Origin: Terriglobia bacterium
GTDB taxonomy: Bacteria; Acidobacteriota; Terriglobia; JAJPHL01; JAPKYU01
Reading direction: 5' to 3'
Length of the DNA stretch: 64,000 bases
NCBI GenBank assembly: GCA_965206645.1
Contig: CBDBKE010000004.1
Span: forward strand, 32,001 to 96,000
Under the pieces are notes generated by a model. That model saw only the letters and a list, made by a program, of their open reading frames with translations, was not told where the DNA came from and made no database searches. Of this stretch, positions 20,374-30,897 are shown piece by piece (positions within the stretch are counted from its first letter, which is position 1; the number at the start of each line of letters is the position of its first letter). A program made the translations under genes and the position numbers.

Positions 20374-20622
20374 ATGGCTAACCCCAAACCCATCTCTGAA
20401 GTCCGCATCGGTCGCGTCAAGGCTGCGATTTGGCCGAACGAAACCGAAGGCCGCACGCGGCACAATGTTACCTTCTCCCGTCTCTACAAGGACGGCGATG
20501 AATGGAAGAACACGCAGAGCTTCAGTCGCAACGACCTGTTGCTGCTTGCCAAAGTGGCCGATCAGGCCCACTCGCGTATCTTCGATCTTCAGCAGGCAGA
20601 AGAGCCTCAGGCAGAATCCTAG
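20374..20622 (+). CDS. Small conserved mobile-element protein, putative ssDNA-binding (copy 2)
   Basis: 82 aa paralog of 1544-1792; GGAGG RBS. Confidence 0.8.
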   Translation: MANPKPISEVRIGRVKAAIWPNETEGRTRHNVTFSRLYKDGDEWKNTQSFSRNDLLLLAKVADQAHSRIFDLQQAEEPQAES

Positions 20623-20812
20623 TGCGACGCGCATCAGAGAGCGGCGGGGCAATCCCCCGCCGCGATCCGATCCTTTCGACAAGGAGAATGAACATGAACT
20701 GCATCGTGAGCGAAGTCTCCCAAGCTTTCCTGGCGGCGGCCGAGAAATGACTTGCGCGGTGAACGGTATTACCGTACATTATTATCGTGAGCGTTCGCTC
20801 TGTCCGCCACCG

Positions 20813-20943
20813 GGTACTGTCAAGTTGAGTAGAATCTGCCCGTTTTGCGGAAGGATTCTGCTGGATCAGAGACTGAGAATCAATGACTTAGCGGTGGCGG
20901 CGGGCGGCGAGAATGCCGCCAAACTGCTTAACTTGACAGTACC
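20813..20943. mobile_element. MITE-like element, 131 bp
   Basis: IRs GGTACTGTCAAGTTGAGTAG / CTGCTTAACTTGACAGTACC (18/20). Confidence 0.7.
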
Positions 20944-21251
20944 TTTCAGAGCCCGAATCGCCGCGCGGTAAGATGCTCAAATACAACACCGCTGAAATGT
21001 TGCAAGCGCAGGCGGCGGGTCAGTGGGATAGGCGAAGAGGAGACGTTCTTCAGAGGAATCTCGACGAATCACTTCGCATTCTGCGGGACAAGTCCGCAGC
21101 CTTCAAACGACGGTTTCGCGCCCGCGACATGTGACCCGTGTTCACGACTCCAGTCTGAAGCCCGGAGTCGTTACGGGCTAGCCCATGAGTCGCTGGACTG
21201 TTCAAGATGCGGAGGATTTCCGGATCATCTACGGTCTTGCCTTCTCGTCAC

Positions 21252-21557
21252 TTACTCGCTGAGCACCCGCACAACCGCCTCTGGGTCACGGTCAATGACG
21301 GTCAGCAGGATGCGGGCGGCGCGATCTGGAACACGGCGTCCCTGTTCCCATTCCTGAACGGCACGCGCGTCGAGACCGAATCGGTCCGCAAATTTCTGGC
21401 GACTCAACTTCATGCGCTTCCGTATCGCAAGAATATGCTCTGCCGCAGGATCGTCGACAATGCGGCAAGGTAAATCTGCTTCGCCGCGCACATGGGCAAG
21501 GACCTCGCCCAAGGCCGCCTCGATCTCCTGACCCACCTTGGTTCGTTCCGTCGTCAT
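21252..21557 (-). CDS. higA: HigA-like XRE antitoxin
   Basis: IRKRMKLSRQKFA...VQEWEQGRRVP; overlaps the toxin stop. Confidence 0.85.
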   Translation of the reverse strand: MTTERTKVGQEIEAALGEVLAHVRGEADLPCRIVDDPAAEHILAIRKRMKLSRQKFADRFGLDARAVQEWEQGRRVPDRAARILLTVIDRDPEAVVRVLSE

Positions 21558-21886
21558 CGGCTTATCTCTTCTTTCTTGATCGCGGCCACCAGCCGCGACA
21601 GGGCTTTTCTGTCTGCTGCAGTCACGTCATCACGGTCGGCCTTCGCATAGGCTGTCAACATGTAGATTGCCTCCGGTCCTACGTGGTGGAAGTAAATCGT
21701 TCGGATTCCACCTCGCTTTCCCCGTCCCGATCCTTTCCACCGTAACTTGCGAATACCTCCGGTTCCACGGAGCAACGATGCACTGCCAGGATCGGCAACG
21801 ATTGCCGCCTCCATTTTCTGGCGCTCCGCTTCCGACATGAGCTTGCGAACAACGCGCTCGTAGGTTCTAGTGGCGAAGATTCGCAC
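21554..21886 (-). CDS. higB: HigB2/RelE-family toxin
   Basis: GTGGIRKLRW...GKRGGIRTIYF...LTAYAK; toxin-first gene order. Confidence 0.88.
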   Translation of the reverse strand: MRIFATRTYERVVRKLMSEAERQKMEAAIVADPGSASLLRGTGGIRKLRWKGSGRGKRGGIRTIYFHHVGPEAIYMLTAYAKADRDDVTAADRKALSRLVAAIKKEEISR

Positions 21887-21894
21887 TGGCCTTT

Positions 21895-21924
21895 AATATG
21901 CGGCAATGCCGCATATTCTGTCAA
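21895..21924 (-). promoter_or_regulatory. higBA promoter with palindromic operator
   Basis: TTGACA -35 on the minus strand; perfect IR AATATGCGGCA-A-TGCCGCATATT spans the spacer and -10. Confidence 0.75.
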
Positions 21925-22162
21925 GGCTGTCCTTACGACGGAGAAGCCGCCTTATTGGCAAGATCACCCGCGGCATACGCCGCTGAAGCGTTCCGTCTTG
22001 ACCGTATCAACGCGTGAGGGCCGGCTTGTCAGCACGGGTCTCCGTGCCATGCTCTTTCGCTCGACGTATGCAAGGCATAGAATCAGACACGGTATACGAC
22101 ACACGGCGGCGCTCGCAGGACGGCGCCGTTGCCCTCATGTCTCAAACGACCGTTTACGACAC

Positions 22163-22219
22163 ATGCTGATCGGCTACGCCCGCGTCTCCAAGGCGGACGG
22201 CTCCCAGTCGCTGGACCTG
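22163..22219 (+). pseudogene. Serine resolvase N-terminal stub; res-like region upstream (~22080-22162)
   Basis: MLIGYARVSKADGSQSLDL, then an abrupt switch to the promoter repeat. Confidence 0.75.
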
Positions 22220-22332
22220 CCGCGCGGTGGCCTTCTCTGGGCTGCCCGGGTCTCGGCCGTTTCCTGTATTGTTTCCTTCCGAATTCTCCCGATCGGGTAG
22301 TGACTAGGTGGCGAGGGAGTGCTTGCAATACG
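22219..22332 (+). promoter_or_regulatory. Duplicated ~115-bp regulatory block, copy 1
   Basis: Aligns with 23606-23719; shared core GAATTCTCCCGATCGGGTAG containing the palindrome CCCGATCGGG. Confidence 0.65.
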
Positions 22333-22465
22333 CTGTCGGCTATTCGCGCCCTCCCGGCAATTCGCCGCGGAAAAGCCGCATTCTGGAGCGCGCACGCGAC
22401 CGCTCCAGGACATCAACAGCGTCACAGGTGCTGTTCATCCTGGCCTGGCTGAAGGAAGACTCGCC

Positions 22466-23602
22466 GTGAGCGACCAAGACGAGTTCGCGCGGATCCTGGC
22501 GTCGTTGTACCAGGCCACGCTCGACGATCGCCACTGGCCGGTGACCTCCGCCCTGATTGACGAAGCCTGCGGCATCACGGGCAATTGCCTCTTGGTCGGG
22601 GAAGGCCCGCCCGACAACATCCGGGCCATGTTCGTCGGGGTGTACGCTCGGGGGGAGCGCCAGGCAGACCTGGAACGCGAGTACCTCCAGGTCTACCATT
22701 CCATCGACGAAGCGGTGCCGCGCCTGCGGCAACTGCCCGACAGTCAGTTGGTGCCCATCGCTGACCTGTACACGGCCGAGGAGTTGAAGAGCTCACCGAG
22801 CTACAACGACATCTTGCGCCGGGCCCACTACCAGCAGGGCCTGAACGTGCGCCTGGACGGGCCGGATCGCTCGCATATGACGTGGGGTCTCGGCGATCCG
22901 GTGGCGTCGGATGGCTGGGGGTCGGCGAAGATCGCGCTGCGGCAGAGGCTGCTGCCCCAGATCCGGCACTTTGTGTGCGTCCGGCAGGCGCTGGTCCGGG
23001 CCGGGGCGCGGGCCACGACCGCGGCCGCCCTGCTAGAGAATCCCCGGATTGGGGTCATCCACCTGGACCGGCGCGGGCAGATCCTGGAGGTCAATGACCG
23101 CGCCCGCAGCCTCCTGCGACGCGGCCAGGGGTTGTCGGACCGGGATGGAGTGCTGCGAACGCGGCAGCCGGCCGATCAGCGCCGTCTTGAACGGCTCGTG
23201 GCCGGCGCGCTGCCGACCGCCGGGGCCGTCCCGGTCAGCGGGTCGATGCTGCTGGCCCGCGCAGCCGGAGCCCCGCCGTTCGTGGTGCATGTCAAACCCG
23301 TCGCGGTGCCCCAACCGGACTACGGCGCGCGCTACGTGGCCGCGTTGGTTCTGATTGTCGAGCCGAGGAGCCAGCATCGGATCGACCCCGACCTGGTGGC
23401 CAGGACCCTGGAGCTGACACCGATGGAGAGTCGGATTGCGGTCGGGCTGGCCGAAGGCAAGAGCGTTCGGGAGATGGCCGAGGCCACGGGGCGCACCCCA
23501 GGCGCCATCACCTGGCACCTGAAGCAGATCTACCGGAGACAGTCGATCTCCGGGCAGGTGGATCTGGTGCGGCTGGTGCTGTCACTCACTGAGTTCGAGT
23601 AA
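22466..23602 (+). CDS. PAS + LuxR-type HTH transcriptional regulator
   Basis: GVIHLDRRGQILEVN (PAS-like); LTPMESRIAVGLAEG...HLKQIY...QVDLVRLV (LuxR HTH); GTG start after GAAGGAAG. Confidence 0.85.
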   Translation: MSDQDEFARILASLYQATLDDRHWPVTSALIDEACGITGNCLLVGEGPPDNIRAMFVGVYARGERQADLEREYLQVYHSIDEAVPRLRQLPDSQLVPIADLYTAEELKSSPSYNDILRRAHYQQGLNVRLDGPDRSHMTWGLGDPVASDGWGSAKIALRQRLLPQIRHFVCVRQALVRAGARATTAAALLENPRIGVIHLDRRGQILEVNDRARSLLRRGQGLSDRDGVLRTRQPADQRRLERLVAGALPTAGAVPVSGSMLLARAAGAPPFVVHVKPVAVPQPDYGARYVAALVLIVEPRSQHRIDPDLVARTLELTPMESRIAVGLAEGKSVREMAEATGRTPGAITWHLKQIYRRQSISGQVDLVRLVLSLTEFE

Positions 23603-23605
23603 ACC

Positions 23606-23719
23606 GCCACGCGGTGGCGTTCTCTGAGCGGCCCGGTTCTCGGCCGCTTTCCGCCTTTTTCCTTCTGAATTCTCCCGATCGGGTAGCGACTGGGCGGCGC
23701 GGAAGTGCATGTAATACAC
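23606..23719 (+). promoter_or_regulatory. Duplicated regulatory block, copy 2
   Basis: See 22219-22332; lies upstream of the surface-protein gene. Confidence 0.65.
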
Positions 23720-23990
23720 GGCCGGTCTCTCACGACTGCCCGGGACGGTCTGGCGCAGCTGCCGGTCGCGCGCTTCGCGCAACGGGCGTGACGTCACGAT
23801 GGGTCTTGAGGCGTGGCGGAGGAGCGAACCGTGACACCTCTTGCACCCATCCACGCCCGCCGTCTGGTTTTTCCTGATGTGTGCAGCGGCGAGGGCGGTG
23901 ACCCGGTCGGAACGGCACCGAGGGAGAAAAGTGATGAATAGCTCGAACAAAAGCTTGACAAAAGCAATGAGGTCCGGTGCTAGCCTCATA

Positions 23991-24044
23991 AGAGCCGAGA
24001 GCCGAGAGCCGAGAGCCGAGAGCCGAGAGCCGAGAGCCGAGCCG
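23991..24044 (+). repeat. Simple sequence repeat (AGAGCCG)x7 + AGCCG
   Basis: Counted directly; lies 57 nt after ATG 23934. Confidence 0.95.
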
Positions 24045-25229
24045 TTCTTATTGCCTAAGCTCAACCTCTCCGTCTGAGTTCTCCGCCGCGCCCGCCGGGG
24101 CGCGGGATCGAGACCGTGCCCGTCGGCACGCCCGTCCAGGCCGCGCCGGCGCCACCGTCCTCGTCGTGGGCCTGCTGCTCCTCGGGGCAGCCGCGGCGGA
24201 GGCGCAGACGTCGGTCACCTTCGTGAGCAACCAAGGGCAATTGGCCGATGACAGCGCCAGCACCAGTGGCAACGACCATGCGCAGCTGTTCCACACGGGT
24301 GCCCACGCGAACGGCTACACGTTCACCGGCATGTACGTCAGCTCCGAGGACGCCGAGGGCGACGACTTCGACGTCGAGATCTGCGAGGCGGATACCACCG
24401 CGAACGAGTTTCCAACCGCGACCTGCACGGCCCTGACGGCGCCGGGCAGCTTCGCGGCCGGGCTCGTGCAGTTCACGCACACCGGCCTCGCCCTCTCGGC
24501 GAACACCAACTACGTGGTGGTGATCAAGCAGCGCGGCACCGGGAGCGTGGAGCTCAACTCCACCCCCTCCGGCGCAGAAGATACGACCGGCCTCTCGGGG
24601 TGGAGCATCAAAGACACGTTCTACTGGAACAACAGCGGCACCTGGACGGTTAAGTCCGGGGCCAACGAGGCGCTCCGCATCATCCTCCAAGGCTATGCAC
24701 GGACCACCGTCACCACATGCAGCGTCGCCGCGATGCAGAACCAGGTCTGGACGGAAAACCTGACGGTGGGGACACGGATGGTCGCCAGCGTCACGTTTCT
24801 GGGCTGGAACGACTCGGGGGATTTCACCGGGGCAAGCCTGACGGACCAGGATTTCACATTCGGCGGGGATACCTACAACCTAGACCAAATATCCCTATCA
24901 GGGAGGGGTACTAACTCTCATATTCGACTCGGCGAACGTCGGAGACATCGCGACACAGGCAACCCGCGACAAACTCATACTTTACGTCGGCAGCGACTCG
25001 TTCAACTTGGAGGCGGGAACACTCGCGAGCAACCAACGGACCATAAACTGGACCGGAACCAGCCTCTCGTGGGCCGCGAGCGACTCCGTCTGCCTGGCGG
25101 TGACGGAAGTCGTCGTCCCGCCGGCCGTCCTCACCCCGGACGTCTCGTCGGTCGCGCTGACCTCCGACCCGGCAGCTCTCGACGGAGTCCGGCGTCACCT
25201 ACGACCGCGAGACCCAGTCGAGCTATGCC

Positions 25230-27905
25230 GTGACGCTGAAGGCTGACGACGACAACGGCGGCACCGACACCATCGCGGTGACGATCACGCTCACCAACGT
25301 CATCGAGCCGCCGGACCGGCCTGCGGCCCCCTCGGTGACCGCGACGGCGGGCACGACGGACAGCCTGTCGGTGAACTGGACGACACCGTCGAACACCGGT
25401 CCCGCCATCGACAACTACGACCTGCAGTACCGGGAAGGCACCAGCGGGAGCTGGACCAACGGCCCCCAGAACGTGAGCGGCACCAGCGCGACGATCGGGA
25501 GCCTGACCGCGAACACCCTCTACCAGGTGCAGGTGCTGGCGAGCAACGCCGAAGGCGACAGCCCCTGGTCGCTGCCCGGTTCGGGGCAGACCGGCACGCT
25601 GGGGGCGCCAGACGTGCCGCACAGCCTCGACGCCACGCCCGGCAACCGGCAGGTGATGCTCAGTTGGGTCCAGCCATCCGGCGGCGCGGCGCTCACGCAC
25701 TACGAATACGAGCAGGACGGGTCCGGGACTTGGACCTCCACGGGCGGGAAGGCCCCCAGCTACACGGTGACCGGCCTGACCAACGGTCAGTCCTACACGT
25801 TCCGGGTGCGGGCGGTCAACAGCGCCGGGCCGAGCGCGGCCTCGGGTTCGTGGACGGCCACGCCCACGACCACGGAGCCGGAGGCGCCGCAGAGCCTGAG
25901 CTTCACGACCGGCGACCAGCAGGTGACGCTGCGCTGGAGGGCGCCCACGAACGACGGCGGGCCGCCGATCACGCACTACGAATACGAGCAGGACGGGTCC
26001 GGGACCTGGATCTCCACGGGCGGGACGGCCACCAGCTACACGGTGACCGGCCTGAACAACGGCCAGACCTACATGTTCCGGGTGCGGTCGGTCAACGCCC
26101 TGGGCAGTGGTGCTGTGGTGACGCTCGAAGCCACGCCATCTCCGTCAACCGGCAGAGGTGGCGGCGGTGGCCCACGCCAAACGGTGCCGTCCGCGCCCAG
26201 GAATCTGCTGGCGGAGGGTGGAGACGGGCAGGTGAAGCTGACGTGGGAGGCGGCGGAGAACGACGGCGGCTCTGAGATCAGGGATTACGAGTACCGCATC
26301 GACGGGAAGGGACGCTGGATATCCATCGGCTCCACCGACACCACCCATACGCTCACCGGTCTCGTCAACGGCACGGAATACGTCTTCGAGGTGCGGGCGG
26401 TGAACCGGATCGGCAGGGGCCGGGCTTCCAACCGGGCCGAGGCCACGCCGGAAGCGCCGGAAGTGTTTGCCCTGGACTTTGCGCATTTCGCCAATGGGAC
26501 CGGCATCACCTCCGAGATGGTGCTCGTGAATGTGTCCTCCCATCCGATCCGGCCCGCAATCTACTTTTACGATCGAGGGGGCCATCTCATTGACCCCGAA
26601 TCGGTGGTGGACGTGACGGTCGATCTGGAGGTCGCCGAGGACGGAAGCCTGACCGTCCGGACGGAAATGGAGCCGCTGGGGGAACTCACGATTTCAACCC
26701 ACGGGCAAGGCGAGCTGGTGTCGGGATCGGTGAAGGTCCTCTCCGACGGTCCCATCGGCGGCGGCGTGCGCTATGGCGTCCCAGAGATCGGGGTGGCCGG
26801 GGTAGGAGCCAGCCCGCCCGTCCGGGATGTCCTTTTCCCGGCCCGCCGCCAGGAGGGAGGAATCCGCACGGCGACGGCGCTCCACAACCTGGGAGCGGAA
26901 GCGATGGGGGTGAGCTGCCGATTGATGAGCGGGGGCGTCTCGCTGGAAGAGGTGGAGATTCCTCTGGAGGCCAACGGGCAGGCTTCCTGGTTCATCGAAG
27001 AGGCGTTCACCGCAACCGATACGTCCGATTTCCTGGGGTCGGTGCGCTGCACCGTGCTCGGTAGCAGACGGTTCACCGCCATCGCCGTGGAGATGGATGC
27101 CGCCCAGCGCATCTTCAACACGCTTTCGGTGGTACCGGTGGACTGGACGGGAGGCGGGGGCGGGGAGACGGTCCTGGATTTTGCGCATTTCGCCAACGGG
27201 ACTTGGATCACCGATCTGGTGTTCTTGAATCTGTCCATCCAGCCGAGCCGTCCCGCCCCCACCCCCTTTCATACGGCCATCCTTCCGAGCCGTCCCGAGA
27301 TTTATTTCTACGACACCGAGGGCAACCCGATTGCCGCCGAATCGGTGGTGGACATCACGGGCGATCTGGAGATCACCGAGGACGGCGCTCTGACGGTCCG
27401 CACCGAGATGGAGCCGCTGGGAGTACTCACGATCTCGACCCACGGGCGAGGGGCGCTGGTGTCGGGATCGGTGCGGGTGGTCTCGGAGGGTCCCATCGGC
27501 GGGATGCTCCGGTTTGAGCACCCCGACCTCGGAGTGGCCGGGGTGGGAGCCAGCCCGCCCGTCAGCGACGTCCTCTTCCCGGTGCGCCGCCAGGAGGGAG
27601 GAATCACGACGGGGGTCGCGCTCCACAACCTGGAATCGAGTGCGGGGTTGGTGCACTGCGATTTGATGCGAGAGGGTGTGCTGCTCGACGGCGCGAGCAT
27701 CCCTCTGGAGGCCAACGGGCAGACGGCCTGGCTCATCGACCAGGCGTTCCCCGACACCGATACGTCCGACTTCGCAGGGTCGGTGCGCTGCAGTGCGCCA
27801 GGAGGGGATCTGTTTACCGCCGTGGCCCTGGAAATGGATCACGGCACCCGCATCTTCACGACGCTTCCGGTGGTGCCGGTTCCAGAGAGGACGGATCGGG
27901 AATAG
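25230..27905 (+). CDS. Distal ORF: four fibronectin type III domains plus a duplicated C-terminal domain
   Basis: Repeats with W..P...G...Y.Y and GL.NG..Y.FRVRAVN; two LDFAHFANG-led C-terminal repeats. No signal peptide of its own. Confidence 0.8.
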   Translation: MTLKADDDNGGTDTIAVTITLTNVIEPPDRPAAPSVTATAGTTDSLSVNWTTPSNTGPAIDNYDLQYREGTSGSWTNGPQNVSGTSATIGSLTANTLYQVQVLASNAEGDSPWSLPGSGQTGTLGAPDVPHSLDATPGNRQVMLSWVQPSGGAALTHYEYEQDGSGTWTSTGGKAPSYTVTGLTNGQSYTFRVRAVNSAGPSAASGSWTATPTTTEPEAPQSLSFTTGDQQVTLRWRAPTNDGGPPITHYEYEQDGSGTWISTGGTATSYTVTGLNNGQTYMFRVRSVNALGSGAVVTLEATPSPSTGRGGGGGPRQTVPSAPRNLLAEGGDGQVKLTWEAAENDGGSEIRDYEYRIDGKGRWISIGSTDTTHTLTGLVNGTEYVFEVRAVNRIGRGRASNRAEATPEAPEVFALDFAHFANGTGITSEMVLVNVSSHPIRPAIYFYDRGGHLIDPESVVDVTVDLEVAEDGSLTVRTEMEPLGELTISTHGQGELVSGSVKVLSDGPIGGGVRYGVPEIGVAGVGASPPVRDVLFPARRQEGGIRTATALHNLGAEAMGVSCRLMSGGVSLEEVEIPLEANGQASWFIEEAFTATDTSDFLGSVRCTVLGSRRFTAIAVEMDAAQRIFNTLSVVPVDWTGGGGGETVLDFAHFANGTWITDLVFLNLSIQPSRPAPTPFHTAILPSRPEIYFYDTEGNPIAAESVVDITGDLEITEDGALTVRTEMEPLGVLTISTHGRGALVSGSVRVVSEGPIGGMLRFEHPDLGVAGVGASPPVSDVLFPVRRQEGGITTGVALHNLESSAGLVHCDLMREGVLLDGASIPLEANGQTAWLIDQAFPDTDTSDFAGSVRCSAPGGDLFTAVALEMDHGTRIFTTLPVVPVPERTDRE

Positions 27906-27953
27906 ACGCCGGTAGTGTCCCTGTCTTGTCTGAGGGGCATGGGAGAATAGGGC

Positions 27954-28049
27954 ATGCAGCGTCAACGCGGCGAGTTGGTTCCCGTCGGTGAAGTCATCGC
28001 CGATCTGCCTGACACCCTATTCTCTTACGCCCGTTCAGAAAGGCGCTAA
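27954..28049 (+). pseudogene. Plasmid RepA N-terminal stub
   Basis: CATGGGAGAATAGGGCATGCAGCGTCAACGCGGCGAGTTGGTTCC is identical to the stub at 14166. Confidence 0.5.
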
Positions 28050-28248
28050 GAGCGCTTCTTGGGACGTAGCAAGCGAATCACTGACGTACGACTGACTTCG
28101 AGGGGCTTGGCAAGGCAGGATTTGTCGTAACCTTTTGGTTCCAGAGGTTTATCTTCCAGAGAAAATCAGAGAGAGTGCCTTGAGTGTTTCCGTAGCTCGC
28201 CGGTCCGCTCGTTACTAGGGAGATGGGAAATCGAATCCGCTATCGGGT

Positions 28249-28930
28249 ATGGCGATGACACCCGGCCCCCTAAATCACTGTCGTCCTAGCACATTTTCCG
28301 CCGCATGCCCAGGGTGCGGACGGACCCTCCTTGGCCTTCTCGCCGCCTTGTCGGCGGGCCTGCCCACCGTCTTCGCGGCGGTTACTGTCGTAGTGTTGGT
28401 GTCGCTGTTCCCGGCCACGGTCGAGGGGCAGGGCGACTCTGAGCCGTGTCCAGGCGGCGGCTATAACCCGACGCCGACGGCGGTAGAGGTTACGGCAGTT
28501 CCCATCGTGGTCACGTCCACGACTGCGGACTACTTCGTGCTGTATGTGAAGCACGATGTAGATGGTACGGAGGTGGAACTGCCTGTCCTGGTGAAGTTGG
28601 GGGAAGCGGGCACGACCACGCTGGCCGAGAACGTGGAGGCGCTGCCCAAGGAGCGCTACCGGGTTGAGAAGTACCTCGTCGCCGACCCCGCCGACGTCGA
28701 CGGTGACTGCACCGACGACATCACCGAACTCGCGGACCCGGTGGGTATGAACCCGGTGAACCCCGCCGCCGCCATCGAACTCAGCGACGGCGCAGTAGCC
28801 GTTCCGGACCAGGAAACACGCGAGATGATCTCCACCCGATCCAACGCAAGACGGTACCTCAAGTTCGTTCTGTTTGACATGGACACCGACGCCCCGGGTG
28901 TTTACTTCATGAACACCGAGACGCACCCGG
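28249..28930 (+). pseudogene. Secreted protein truncated by IS3
   Basis: Hydrophobic N-terminus and an acidic DVDGDCTDD loop; runs into the IS IR at 28931. Confidence 0.6.
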
Positions 28931-30180
28931 TGACCTGACCGGCACTTTTTGTACCAAGTGGAAAGAGAGAGAATCCACTTGAGAAGGAAGTGAGGTCATG
29001 CCGACAAGGAGTTACAAGCCGGAGCAGATTGTAGCGGTGCTACGGCAGATAGAAGTGCAGATGGGGAACGGGAAGACTGCGCCCCAAGCCTGCAAAGAAG
29101 CTGGAATCCACACCCAAACCTACTACCGGTGGCGGAAGGAATACGGCGGGCTGAAGGTGGTGCAGGCAAAACGGCTGAAGGAGTTGGAGAAGGAAAACAC
29201 GCGGCTGAAGCGGTTGGTAGCGGAGCTTTCTCTGGAGAAGCAGGTGCTGCGGGATGTGGCACAGGGAAACTTCTGAGCCCTGAGCGGCGGCGTTGTGCGG
29301 TGGAGCGTGCGTGGGAGCAACACGGGTTGTCGGAACGGCATGCCTGCCGGCTGCTGGGGCAATGGCGAGGGACACAACGATACGAGCCGATTCATCGGGT
29401 GGACGAGGATGCTCTGACCCGAGCGATCATTGCCCTGGGAGCGAAGTACGGGCGATATGGCTACCGGAGGATCACAGCGTTGCTGCGGAGTGCGGGCTGG
29501 GAAGTGGGCAAGGACCGGGTGCAGCGGATTTGGCGGCGGGAAGGGCTGAAAGTGCCGCAAAAACAAAGGCCGCGAGGACGGCTGTGGCTGAACGACGGTT
29601 CCTGTGTACGACTGAGGCCGGAGCGACCGAACCACGTGTGGAGCTACGACTTCATGAGTGCCAGAACGCACGAGGGGAGAACGCTGCGGCTGCTGACCTT
29701 GCTGGATGAGTACACGCGGGAATGCCTGGCGATCCGGGTGGAGCGGAGAATGGGCAGCCAACAAATCATTGAGGCGTTGTCGGACGTGATGTTGTGGCGA
29801 GGGATACCGGAACAGATTCGATCCGACAATGGTCCCGAGTTCATCGCCAAACAACTGCGCCAGTGGTTGGCAAATCTAGGGACCGGGACACTGTACATCG
29901 AACCGGGCAGTCCCTGGGAGAACGGGTACTGCGAGAGTTTCAATGGGAAGCTGCGGGACGAATGCCTGAATGGAGAGATCTTCTACTCGTTGAAGGAGGC
30001 ACAGGTGGTGATTGAACAGTGGAGGGTGCAATACAACACGGTGCGGCCGCACTCGGCGCTCGGCTATAGGCCCCCGGCGCCGGGGGCCTATAGCCCTCCC
30101 CTGCCACTGAAACCAGTTTCACAGCCCCAGGCTGCGATGTAAACTCTCACTACGGTTGGTACAAAAAATCGGTCTGGTCA
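28931..30180 (+). mobile_element. IS3-family element, full length 1250 bp (orfA 28998-29276, orfB to 30142)
   Basis: TGACCTGACC / GGTCTGGTCA ends; GGGAAACTT frameshift site; no target duplication. Confidence 0.97.
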
Positions 30181-30897
30181 GCAGCCACACCGGACGTGGA
30201 TCGGCACTACTCCATCTTCCAGACGCTTGGGGAGCGGTTCGTGATGGTTCGCTGGCACAGGCCGGGCGGGACGGCGGCGGCGCTGCGGGCGATGGGCCAG
30301 GACCGAGCGCGGGTCCGCCAAGAGCTACGCAACGCAGTCGCCGCGCTGTTCGGCTCCCTGCCAGAGCAGCAGCCTGCGCTCCCGGAGGAGCTTGGGCGCC
30401 GGATCGCCGCGCTGGCGGAGTTTGTCGTGGTGGCGCGGACCCAGGTGCCCAGGGACGGGCGCACCAAACACGTAATCTACGTCCCGGAGCCGGAGGCTCC
30501 AACTTGGCTGGCGCAACAGTTGGCGCAGCTTGCCAAGGGATCGGCGTTGCTGGCAGGCCGCGAGACCGTCACCGATGAAGACGTTGCTATTGTTCAGAGG
30601 GCTGGCATGGATTGCATCCCGGCAACACGCCGCAGGATTATAGAAGTCTTGATGCGAGGCAAGCACCGTTCGGCAATCATGCTGGCTTCGGCGCTCAAGA
30701 TGCCGTGGTCAAGCTATTCTTACGCGATGATGGACTTGAAATCCCTGGGGTTGGTGGACTCCTCCTATGACCACGAAGAGGGCGAAACCGTCCAATGGCT
30801 CACGCGGCAGGCCAAGTGGCTCCTCCGCGAGGCCGGTGTCCGCAACAGGAGGGGACGGCTCGTGAGGCGGGATTCGGGGGTTTGGCGCCGATGTTAG
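30181..30897 (+). pseudogene. C-terminal part of AAA+/MCM-like ATPase with a terminal HTH, 5' lost to IS3
   Basis: AATPDVDRH...LGERF (sensor 1/Arg finger-like), EAPTWLAQQL and GRETVTDED lid pattern. The family call is inference. Confidence 0.45.

Larger units (their letters stand above)
23934..27905 (+). pseudogene. Large FN3/cadherin surface protein gene, currently broken into several frames
   Basis: ATG 23934 with RBS, a heptamer tract, a signal peptide (GLLLLGAAAAEA-Q), a frameshift at the G-run near 24901, an out-of-frame junction near 25170 into half a cadherin repeat, then FN3 repeats. Confidence 0.7.

Noticed and set aside
30177-30184. Pairing the GCA flank here with the GCA before IS3 42845 as one original insertion
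   Set aside because: Joining them links IS1380 KRGTA to the ATPase fragment rather than to the IS1380 continuation, so the 3-bp match is probably chance.
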